Assembly (NCBI GenBank): GCA_905178155.1
Contig: CAJINV010000012.1
Coordinates: 429,271 to 493,270, forward strand
Direction of reading: 5' to 3'
Origin: Amoebophrya sp. A120
Taxonomy: Eukaryota > Protista > Dinoflagellata
Length of the DNA: 64,000 nt
Of this stretch, positions 22,764 to 34,400 are shown piece by piece. The position numbers and the translations under genes are program-made. How positions within the stretch are numbered: the first letter of the stretch is position 1; the number at the start of each line of letters is the position of its first letter. The notes beneath the pieces were generated by a model. It ran no database searches. It was not told the DNA's origin and saw only the letters and a list, made by a program, of their open reading frames with translations.

Positions 22764-25647
22764 TTTGTCGACAGATGAAAGCTGTAGTGTAAACACGAAC
22801 TTTTTCTTCTACTGGATTGTAGAAGTCAGTGGTAGCAGGTACGAATTCGAATAAGTTCTTTTTGCAGAGCTACTTTGCTCCGTCGTTGAAGACAAAACGC
22901 GAAGAGATATTGTTGAAATACTGCGAATAATAACAACAAGAAAACTAGAAATAGTTTCCGTTACTGTTATTGCTACAAACAGAGCGATTCTGATGCAATT
23001 ACAACTACCTGGAGAAATAAAGATGAGTGATTACTCACTGATGGCATATGAGACCGAGACGCGTAGATCATGATTTTAGGCGTAGTACACGAGAACCACG
23101 GTCGTGGAGTGAAGGGAGAGCGAGAGCGTCGCCCTTGTGTTGAACTAACATTTTCATCAACACAAAAAAAAAATCAGATCATTGAGCTATTTAACCGAAG
23201 ATGTGGAGTAGCTACAAGCTGATTTTTTGTGAACAAGGAGCAATACTGATGATCGCCTCCTGGATCTTTATATAGCATTTCTTGATCTGTGGCCTCATGT
23301 GATCTTATCGTCTGTGGATCGTCGTGCGCGCACTTGTTGCTGTGGTCACTCATTTTTGTTCGCATTTTGTTGCAACTGTCTTGCTGGATCTTCAGTTCCG
23401 GGGGTATGAAACGTAGAAGCAGTTTGCCGTTGCTAGCATAAGAACGCTATGATTATAGAAAATTAAAGCACTCCACGAACATACGCGTCTGTGACACTGC
23501 CCAGTTGGTTCGATGCACCAAAGGCAGTCCGGAAGATTTGTCAGGGCGCACAACATTCGAATAACACATGTGAATAGCTCCTCTCTTTCGACACGGCCTC
23601 TCGGTGTAGCTACAGTGTAGCGCAACTTCTTTCTGAAAATAAGCATGTTGTACTTCTTGATAAATTCTGGTGGCAGGTGCAGCGTAGAAGTACCAAGCTT
23701 AACGCGTAGGCGTATGCTTCTCTTCTCCTTCTTATATCTAAATGTTGCGCTCCTGCATGCGCGGATGCAACTTTTTCTTATACGACGGCCTCCTGCGACT
23801 ATATTTTGATTTCGTTTCTGTCATGGTCATTTTGATGTTGTCAATAAATGGAAATACTTTTCAAATCCTTGCTGCTGTTGAGTACCGAAAAACCTCGAAC
23901 ATCTTCCAGTCGAAACTGAATCTATTACAAATTAATTTCATGTTCATATTCATTCATTATGCACTTGCACTTCTGAATATGCTGCACGAGCAGGAGCTAA
24001 CATGTCCTGCTCGTGCTGAGGATACAACATTCTCTATCCTATCAAAGCCAAAAAGTCGAAACGTTCTAGAAATAAAGGCTACATGCCCGAGAAAGCGCTT
24101 CTGTTTCTATCAAAGCCAAAAGGTCAAAACGCACAGATACGAGAGACCACTGCCGACGCTTCCAACGTACGTCGCGCACGCAGGCACAATCATAGAAGCG
24201 AAGGCAATAAAGTCGATCTTCAACTCAATATCATCTGTTGTGGTAGAGATGTGTTGTCCCTACTTTTTACACTATAATTGTGAATGTTGTAATCACATGC
24301 GTAGGTGCTGCAGTATGCCTATGTATTATGCGTGCAGCGGATATTAAACCTTTCATCCCAATCAAAGCCAAAAAGTTAGAACCAACAGAAAGTCAAAGTA
24401 TCCATATATTTATACTATCATCGAAGCCCTACTGGGGTGTGTTCCCGAGGTGCGTGGTCTTGTATCAGACCGCCCTCACGGTCACGATGTCGGCGTCGAC
24501 CACGAGGCCGGGATGTTTCTGAAGCATCATGAGGAGCGTGATTAGCGGCTCCGGATCCATATTTTTCCATAGATCGCGAAGTTTTTTTTAGCAGGCCTGT
24601 TTTTGTCGCTGCTGCCTATCCGATTAACTGAAAGGGAAAACTCAAAAAGGCGCTCGCGTTTTTCGATTCGGCAGCGTTGGCGTGGGTTAGTGCTTCGTAT
24701 GATGGCTGCAACGATTTATCATTTTGCTATATGTTCTTTATATATCGATCGTAGTCTTCCTTTTGCTTTTTCAACATCGACAGTTTTTCGCTACAATGTC
24801 GAAGACGAAAACTCCGTACGATCAGCATTGCAGTTATATTTTCTGCGCCACTTTTTCGTCTCTAGCCCCCCCGCAAAGCACCATTTTTTTCGAACCAAGA
24901 CAAGGACGTGTTCTTAACAATTTTGTTTTATGATTTGATGAGGCGAACCTCCACCACCACATCATGCACATTCGCCGGACCTGACAATACAATCAAAGTC
25001 GATGATTCTAAGAATCGGTTTTCAAAAAATCCACCTACTTCCGGAAAACATCTATCATACACGTTGGCGGACTGCCAGCAAATTTATATCAACATATGTG
25101 CAACGTACTGCTGGCAAAGATCTATCATACACTTCTGCCGGCAAAACTCTAATCAAAAATGCATCACACTACACGACGTAAACATCTAATAGATGTTTAC
25201 GCCGAAGTCCGATCATAGACTATGATCGGAATTCGGCATAAAGCAAACACGCTTCGACTTTTGACAAGCCGAGTGCGTAGTTATCAGACACGCCAGCATA
25301 GAATTAGAAAATCCTCGATCAATGAAGCTACACATGATCGACCCGTCAGGCATCTTCCTCGGCAGATACCCATTGGCAGATCTGCGCCCGGCAGCTCAAG
25401 TCTCTTTCATAATCAGCGGTCGGGGTTGGGAACAAAGGGGATGGAGCGAGGCCCGCCGGAGACGTAAGCGTCACGGTGCAAAGTAACAGCGTAAGCAGTG
25501 TCGACGCCTCCAAAACGGCGAAGCGCTGGAGGGTATGCATTTTTCGCAAAAGGATGTCACGCGACGTCGTGTAAGTTGAGATTGCATTACTCGCGCCTAT
25601 TAAGTAGAAACTTGAGTTGAAATGATATTGAGCAATGCAAATACACT

Positions 25648-27006
25648 TCAGGTGAGGCCAGATGATGTAGTGCTCGTGGCGCCATGCAAAGTATAATTGC
25701 AATTCGTACTTACTACGACCAGTCTACGATTTTTATCCTGCAATGCATAGCGCCTGCTGTATCTCACTGCCCCACCGAGGAGTCGCTCGGATTCCCAACG
25801 CATATCATTAGACTCAGGATCGCCAACGTGCTCGTGGGTCAGCCCACTTATGAAATTTTTTCCGTCCTCCACGGAAAAATCGGTCGTATATAACTCTTGC
25901 CGGCTAGTACGTGAGCCGCTGCCGTTCCCGTAACCAGGAAAACGCGACCTCGTGTATACCAGGCACAGGCGGTCCTCGTTCGGTTTTGCCCGCGGGGGCT
26001 CTTCGATGTCAACCTCGTCAGCGAGGTTTTTAAACATTCGCGGATAGTAAGCTTGCGGGGCGTTCGTCGTCCGGGAACTCGCGTTGCGCAACCGTTCTTC
26101 GCTTTCCGCGCTCAGTTGCAATTTCGAAACAAAAAGCGAGGTGTGAAAGGAGGGAGCAAAAGTAGCCGCGCGGTTCTTCCCCTCTGGTCGAGCAGCGGGA
26201 GCACTGGTACTACTATGTTCTTCTTGACGTCGCTCTTGTCGTCCCTCTTGCCCTTCCACCTGGCCCCTCGAAAGCCGCTGTCTGCCTTCCCTAAAAAACT
26301 GAAATTCTCGCATCAGCTTCTGCAATAGGCCTTTGATATAATTCTGCGAGAGCGGCAGCTCCTGGAAAAACTCGTGATTGTAAAAATAGGACTTTCCGTT
26401 CTCCACCTTCTGGTTCGTAGAGCACGCAAACTTCCCCGGACGCAGAATGGTATCGCTGGGATTCGCGTTGAAAGATTCCAAAAACGCACTCGCGTCCACG
26501 TCCTCCTCCCCAGAACTATGCGACGCTGCCGCGAGTAAACAGTCCTTGCGAAGGAACTGTTGGTCCACAGCCGTCTTGGTAGTAGCCTCCGAAAGGACTT
26601 CTAGAGAAAAATCAGAAACATTGTCTGCGGAGGCGAGCCCATAGAGATCATCTCCCTGCAGCTTTTTAGAAGCAACTACATCAGCAACGCTTCTCGCTTT
26701 CCGGGAGACGGCCGCCGGCGCTCGGCGTCCGCGCTCCGCCTCTACTGAACGGCCGAGGAGGGTAGAGCGAACGGCTTCGGTCGCGGCTTTTCGAAAGTGT
26801 GGTTCCACCGCACGATTGAATAAAGCCTGTACAGCTTCTCTCTCCCTTTTCCGCGCCTCAGCTCCACTGGTGTCCACGCGGTTGGAAGTTGACGCAGAAG
26901 CAGACGACGACGATGCTGCTCCGGCTGCCTCAACGGCGAAGAGGTGGTAGGCGAGAAAGTAAACCTGGCTTTGCGCCAGGAGATAAAAAAGCCGAGAAGT
27001 GGACAT
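25648..27006 (-). CDS. Intact, intronless family-1 orphan protein (452 aa) with a signal-peptide-like N-terminus
   Basis: MSTSRLFYLLAQSQVYFLAYHLFAVEAAG; motifs shared with three other local copies. Confidence 0.75.
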   Translation of the reverse strand: MSTSRLFYLLAQSQVYFLAYHLFAVEAAGAASSSSASASTSNRVDTSGAEARKREREAVQALFNRAVEPHFRKAATEAVRSTLLGRSVEAERGRRAPAAVSRKARSVADVVASKKLQGDDLYGLASADNVSDFSLEVLSEATTKTAVDQQFLRKDCLLAAASHSSGEEDVDASAFLESFNANPSDTILRPGKFACSTNQKVENGKSYFYNHEFFQELPLSQNYIKGLLQKLMREFQFFREGRQRLSRGQVEGQEGRQERRQEEHSSTSAPAARPEGKNRAATFAPSFHTSLFVSKLQLSAESEERLRNASSRTTNAPQAYYPRMFKNLADEVDIEEPPRAKPNEDRLCLVYTRSRFPGYGNGSGSRTSRQELYTTDFSVEDGKNFISGLTHEHVGDPESNDMRWESERLLGGAVRYSRRYALQDKNRRLVVVSTNCNYTLHGATSTTSSGLT

Positions 27007-28494
27007 TTTTGTTCTTGCCGAATGTTGAGCTGGTGTGGAGAAGATTTTTGCGTCAACTTCCGGATACCTACTTAAACAATGATGATGGATCTTTTTACGA
27101 CCACCAGTTCGAAGATTTGCAAAAATTAAAAGTATACAAAAAATATGCAATGATGTTTGTTGAGAAGAAATACAACTTGGATGTTACAGAGATCCAATAA
27201 AGAAAACAGAGTTCTTAGCGCAATACTGGATTGCGATACCGCTGACGTCGTAGGTAGAACGAAAAACTAATAGTACAGGACAAGAAGTAGATTTTGCAAA
27301 AAGACCAGCAACAAGCCTCCCAATGCCAATTCCGATCGATGGTATAATTGGTACTAACATCTTCAAGAGCCTATCAATATATTTTCAACTGGATCATGAT
27401 ACGATCTTCATGGGCGATTGTATACTTACACAACTAACAACCGCTCTGGGGAGCGCTTGGGGAGCGGTTTACCGCAGATCACACTCGTTTTGTATCAATC
27501 CGCCCTCACGTCGTCGCCATTGACTTTGAGGATAGGATAATTTTTCGTGCAACTACTTGCTTCTTGCAACGAGATCGAGATCAGAACTGCAATGCCAATG
27601 ATCGCCATGATCCTCGGATATAATTTCACTGATTATGACGACCTCTATCAGATAGTGCCACGTCGAAGTAAATTTTCGGATTATGTCAAGTGTGCTGATC
27701 GTGATCGTGACGACCTAACCCCGCGACGATGGCGACATTGCGGCAGACTGATCGTGTCTGTGCTGCAGTTTGCAATTGCTTTCCTGCAGCGGTGGAAAAA
27801 AACGGAATTTCTACTTTTTAGGGTATAATTTGAAAACAACATCATCGGTACTCTGATGTTCCTTATCAATACTGTTTTTCCACATCTTCCTGCTGTGTGG
27901 TAGTCTCAACAGGCCGTGGGACTTAGTCTACTGATCCACATTACGTAAATATAGTCGAAAGGTCCTTCGTACAGTAAAATTTGGGTGAGTTGTAGTTTCA
28001 TCTTGTTCAACGACGTTCAATACTAGTGGAAAACTATCCTACAGAGCTGCTAAGAAAATGTACCAAAACAATCATCGCACTGCAAATCTATATCCATAGT
28101 ACGTTGTCTACTGATAAAGGGTATCTTGAGGGGGGGAAAGTGAGCGTTTTTTTTAGGGTACTTCTACTTCTTGCCATTTTATTTCTTCATCTTCAAAATG
28201 TAGCCATTTGCTCCATAAAGGTGAAAGATCAAAATCAGGTTTCCGAAACCTTTTGAACCTGTTGCTACTCGGCCAGCAAGCACACGGTTTTTTTTCGTAG
28301 AAAATTTGTATCGTCTTCGTCATTAGATTTCTCTCTGGTACAACCCGAAACAACACCCCATCTTAAGGTAAACATCAACAAAATCCTGCTTCTTGTTCGG
28401 CTTGTATCTCCTCCAAACTATCTAGTCGCGTCGATCCGACCCCCGCGCATTGTCGCTCTATTTCGACGCGTCGCCCTCGGCTTGATTGTCTCAA

Positions 28495-31400
28495 TCATCT
28501 TTTGTTGTAATCAAAATCATCGCTAGATGTTGATCTAGAATAAGTATGATCCCCAGGAGGGTGCTGCGGCAGCGGCTTCAACAACATCCTTGTTCCCCCG
28601 CTGTGATTCATCTTTAAAAACTCCTGATGCCCCTATTGCAATGAAAAATGCCCCCACCCCCGAACTTGAAAGCATTTGTATTGCAAACCTTTCCAAATGA
28701 AACATTCGCCCTCTTGCATGTATCAGCATCACAGATTTCCGATCGTGAATAGCAAAAATTTGTATTGCAAAAGATCCCAGCAAGAGCGGTGCTTGTTATG
28801 CAAGCGATGCGAAACAGCACTAGAATCTGCATCAGAAAGATTCGTATTCCTTTCATGCATGACAAAAAGGTTTCATTTGGAAACTTCGCATCACAAATTT
28901 TTGCAACTTTGGGGGTGGGGGGCACTTTTCACTGTAATAGCCCCCGCTGCCCCGCTTCCTCCAGTTTCATTCTTCTCAACCGGTTCCCCCCGTGCTTCGT
29001 AACCAGTTTCTCCAACTTATGGGACTCTCAAACGTTATATTCTCAACTGCTACATGAATTTGTAATGCAGGAATAGCACAGGTCAAAGGGAGAACCTTGC
29101 GCGTCTTGCATTACAGATTTGGCGCAGATTCTAGTACTATTTAGCCCTCCGAGAATTTGTCATGCGAAGCAGCTTCATTGTCTGGTGGCTCATGGTCATT
29201 TTGCATGACAAATCCATGTAACAGTTGAGAATGTAACATTTGAGAACGCCATACAACTGCAGGCTTGCGCACCACTCGGGTTGCAACTTCGGCAAAACTT
29301 CGCGGCGGAAAGAACTTGGAAGATCAACACAGCCACTACTGCTAGTACCTTCCTTCTCGTCCCTCGGCAGTCCTCCCTGTGGTCCCGCCAGGCTCTCGTC
29401 TTTCCCCAAATAATCTCCCAGCCGGCGGCACGCCGGAAGCACGTCGTGCAACAAAGTCGCGTATCAAATGCAAACGTGTCAGGGTCTGGAGGGATTCGAA
29501 TTTGTGAAGCGACGTCTACATCATGATAAAAATCTGTCATGCATGGCTAGCAAAAAGCAAAAGCCCAATTTCTTGTTTCCGAGACGAGAGAGGATTTGGA
29601 TTTGTCATGCGGACTAGGCATTGGGATAGGTGCTCAAAATCTGTGATGCTAAAGCTTGCATGCCAAACGATCTTGGTCAGGCAAAAACTGCATGACAGAT
29701 CTCGCATTCTTCCAGAGGACCCAGACATATTCGCAATCCATATCGCGTTTAAGTGCAGCTTCGCAAACCACTGCTTCTTCAACTTCATATCCAAGAAAAA
29801 ATCTGTGTTAGTGTAAGTCTTTAGGGAATAAAACAGCATCACAAGTTTGTCTGCCATGACAGGACAAACTTGTTATGCGCAGATACAAAAACAAAGGGAT
29901 AGGGAAAACACATATTAAGCGAGCCGGTCATGCATGTCGAGCATCACAAGTGTAACAACTGTTTGGCATTTTCTGCATCACAGATTTACACTTAAACAGT
30001 TTTTTTCTTGCATACTTCATCAGTTCCCACGAGTCTACTTGATGATGTTCTGCAGCACCTCCAGTCGTCGAAAAGTGCTTCGAGTTCGATCGTTCTTTCG
30101 TCGTTTTCTTCATCTGTGGACCAGTACTGCTTTTGGTTGTTGTGGTTGTAAAGAGCTTCCCTGCCGACTCCACTTGACAACACAAATGCTCGACACGAGT
30201 GGCGAGAGAAGAAGCAGGTGTTGAACTGACTCTACTAGTACTACTTCTGTCAACATCTTCCCCGAGGAAGGCCGACGTCGTGTGAAGAGTAGAATTCGCC
30301 TGCAATCTTTCGCAAATCCTCCACCCCAATTTCTTCTCTTTCGCGACACACAATTTTAAAAAATCCCCGTCCATCAAGGACATGCGCAGTTGCGGATCAC
30401 TGATTTTGTTGATTTCGCTCCGGATGAAGCCTCCTAGTCCATATTGTAAGTCCATGGTTGATGATGATGTTGATGTTCCGCGACAGATATCATTGTTTTC
30501 CAGCATGAATGCTTTCACTTTGTCGAACAAAAACTCCTTGTCATTTTGGTTCAGGTTGTAGTGGTGTTCAAGTAATTTTTGCTGGCTGTACTGCTGGTAG
30601 GAACTATTGCTTTTCTTCTTGCAGTCGTTTTGCATTTGCTTTAGCACCGCATCAGCAACCTCCACTTCGAGGACTTCGTCAGCGAAGCTTCCGCCCCCGA
30701 AAATCGCAGTGGTGGCCAAGTGGAGCTTGGCCAGGTCTTGCTTGTCGAACATTTCGACGTGATCGCGCTGGTGTTGTTGCGAGCGAAACGTACAACTCGT
30801 AGATGCTGGCTGCGGCTCCTGCACTGATAGATTACTACTGGGAGAAGTTGTACTAGCACCGGAGTAGAGTGCCGCAGCTTGTTCCGTAGGACTCGACGGA
30901 GATGAGCCGGGCGACGACGGTGTGAAGATAGCAGAGGACGACGCAGCACGGTCAACCTCACGTTTTGGCGCCAGGAGAGCGGGTGGAGATATCGGTTGTA
31001 TAATCGCCCCGACAGAAAGAAATTCTTGTTTTTCAACATGATCTACTTCGTCAGCATCGACGTCGTTGAAGGGAAAGGATTCAAACAGTTCCTCGGTTCC
31101 GAAAATTTTTTCCACATCTTCCTCCTGCCCCAGCCGAAACTGCTGGCGCGGCGTCGCAAAAAGCGAAGCATCGTCGTGATTCTCTTGCACAGGTTGATGT
31201 TGCTCCTTCTTGACGGCGGGCGTCGCGGGGGTGGGTCGTGCGAGTGCGAGACAACAAGGTCCAGCAGCAGTGCGTGCATGGCTGTCAACGACCTGGTGAC
31301 TCAGTCCTTGGACGACCTTGATGTCGTGGCAATTCTTCTTGTGCTCCCTGGTTTTATCTTCATCTGGAGAACATGGCGCCACAGTAGAGCTCGATGTTTT

Positions 31401-34400
31401 CGGACACGAAGACGAGTTGTTCCGGTTTATTCTCTGCGCTGAAGCCGCTGCCGAACCCGAATCACGTGCAGGAGCAAGAACTTTTTCTGCAGAGGACTTC
31501 TGTGCTGGAGTCGAGGGAACGTCCGAGCTATTGGTGGTAGTATTGCTCGAAGAGGACGAAGCTGCACCAATTTTGCTTATTTCTTCATCAGGATACAGGT
31601 GTAGGTCTGCAACTGCGTCAGGATCTCCACGCACTTCTCCCGTCGGGACTGTGTAGTAGTTCTGTTTACTATCTCCATCGCGACCACTGCTTCCCTCGTT
31701 CTTCTCCTTGTTCCCAACCAGCTTCTCAGCAGTAGTTTCATTCCCATTCTTCAATACTTCCCCTTCTCGTTCCCCTTCCGGCACTACAATATTTAACCGT
31801 ATCAACACGTCTCCCTCCCAATTCGCCGACTTTTTCACGTCAAACCGGTTGTCTCTGGACAAAACAAACACCAGGTACCGGAGAGCCAGGTCGTGGACGG
31901 ATTGCCGGTGCTCGGACTCCTCGATAAAATGCATGATTTTCGCACTGAACGTCTGTAAAACCTTCGAAGTGGAGTAGTAATCCTGCTGGTTTTTGTAGTT
32001 TGTCCCGCGAACTACAAATGAAGACGACCCCGGTGCGGGAAGCAGCTGCATCTCTTCATTCTGCTTTGCCGACTCTTATCACCAGAAAAAGTGTTCACGT
32101 TTATGGTTTTCACAGATTGCAGCAATGCATCACAAATTTAGCCTAGTGTGCATGCTATGCATCACAAATTTGGGCACGCTTTGTGATGCATTGCCGCATC
32201 ACAGATAGTTCCGTAAACGTCAACACTTTTTCCTGTGATAACTCTCCGATCGCATCGATTAACCCCGGAATCCGGCCGTAGTGATACCGCGGGTTTTTGT
32301 TGCTGAACCGGAGCTTTTTATCTACTTTGGAAGCGGAAGTAGAAGCAGTGTCATTCTGGTTTTTATTTTCCTCGACAGTTTTGTTGATTTTCGCCATTAA
32401 ATAATCGTAGCAGACTTCCGCGATCGGATCCGCGCGGTTCGCCTTGCTGTGTATCAAAGTGAAAAAAGCCCCCGCCCCATATCAAAACGATGCATGCAGT
32501 AGAGGACTGCAGGCCCATACTATGCCAATGCAATGTAGAGAGGTTGCGGCCTAGACACTTAGCATGGGGAACGCCTACGCCGTAGGACCAACAGCATTGC
32601 AAACCGCCTGAATGATGGGGCGGAGCCCATGCCGTTGCTTTCAGACTTGGTTTGTGGTCACAAATCAGCATCACAAATTTTCTGAGACGCTCCTTTCCGA
32701 TATCGGGAGGGGGGATTTTTCCTTCCGATACTTTGATCATGGTCTCCAAGCAGCAGACCGGACTTCATCAGAACTTGCTGGTGAACGAGCTCCGCGTGTT
32801 GATACTATCAAGTGCAAAAGTGTCTGGATCTGGAAGAGTGCATGTTTGTCATGCTTGTCTGGCACTCTTGGAAATTCCCTACTACCGCTCGGGGGAGCTG
32901 GAACTTTCGCGAGACCAAACGAAATGGCAAGCGAGGTCCGCGCGCCCCCCCCTGGAGGTGAGATACGAGGGTGGCCCTGTGTTGTGATCTGCAATCTGCA
33001 TTAGACCACACAGGAAATGAGGAAGTTGGAGAAGGATCAAAAAAATGATCTGGAGCGACACTATGGAACGCTCCAACAACCTCAGCCAACCACTGCCCTC
33101 GCATTCACAAGAGACCTGCCGAAACAGACTCAACTCCGGGTAGCCTTCCCGAAGCCGACCTCTAAGTTCGGCCTGGTCAGCAACGAGGCAATGTCCTCAG
33201 GGGCCGTTAGGAACCTCCCGAAACAATCGTCAACGAGCTTCAGCGCCAGGAAGCCGCTGACGAAAGAAACGCACAGACTGTTCCCAGTGGCAAGAACAGA
33301 AAGGCAGGGACATAGGTGAACCGACAGTGACACCAACTCGACCAAGGTAACCCAGAGTTCCGGACCCGGGGAAAACTGGGGACCACGCAGCAGAAGCGCA
33401 GCACAAAGACGCCTGAAGTGTTCCCAACCGCCAGTCAAGCAGCAGCCAAAAGTCAACGGAGGCAGCAGCAGAAGCCACTCAGGTACTCCACCGAAGACAA
33501 GAGGAGCCGCAAGACCCAGAGCAAGCTCCGACGGCCACAACAGACGCTTCTACTTTCGCAACGCCACTGGGGACGAAGACAGAGGGCAAGGCAAGAGCCT
33601 CGCGCAACGGGAATTTCCCACCAAGCCATGTCAACGACCTCACATGAGAAGGCGCACCAGAACGGCCACGAGAGGGGTAGACATAGGACATCCAGCATCC
33701 AGACACGTCGCCAACACCGAAGGCGGTGAGCAACGCCCATCATCTCGCTTGCGGGATCCGTCGCCACGCGTTCATGTTGGTCGGCACTGGCTTCCACTCG
33801 TATCTCGTCCTCGTGGGGAACCCAGACATGGCTACTACCTCGAACGAGGGAGCTGGAAATGCCGCGCGCGCTCGCATACGCATCTGGGGCGGGGAACTCA
33901 AGATACGTCCAGCAGCCCGCCGACTCCACTACCGTAAGCCATTTAGGAGTACCCGCGCCGCCTCGCGAAGCTCCTATGGTCCCGCCCTGGCCTGCGTTGC
34001 TGGGCCAGTCCTGTGCGCAAATGCCCAGAATCCAAACACGCTCTATCAGGGGTGCCGCTAGAGTCACAGCAGGGACGTTACGCGCACAGACTATCAGGTC
34101 TGCCCTGGATTCTGGGGGTGGGAGAGATGTGGTGACAGCGCAGGCGAGTCTTGGTCGAGCGACAACATCATCTTCCAGGGTCCACAGGAAGAGCGGGCAC
34201 CTGTGATTCAATTGAGGCAACGGCGGGGACGGACATGTTCCGCCCCCGTGCACACAACAACAGAGTAGCAGACCGGCCAAATGATTGAAAGAGAGAAGGA
34301 GACACAACGAAGCTACATCACATGCAAGGACTTAACGGGAGGATGAAACCAAAAAGCACATCAATAAAAATAGCTCTATACTACTTTGCTCCCCCCAGAA

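Noticed and set aside
23392-25200. Broken ORFs possibly from an old transposon
   Set aside because: No diagnostic motif, termini or TSD could be identified.
27323-27828. IDGIIGTNIF resembling the C-terminal motif of a retroviral-type aspartic protease
   Set aside because: No D(S/T)G catalytic motif or other retroelement domain nearby, and stops interrupt the frame.
28200-28216. SL-like GTAGCCATTTGCTC on the plus strand
   Set aside because: Short gapped match, opposite to the local gene direction, with no downstream gene; compatible with chance.
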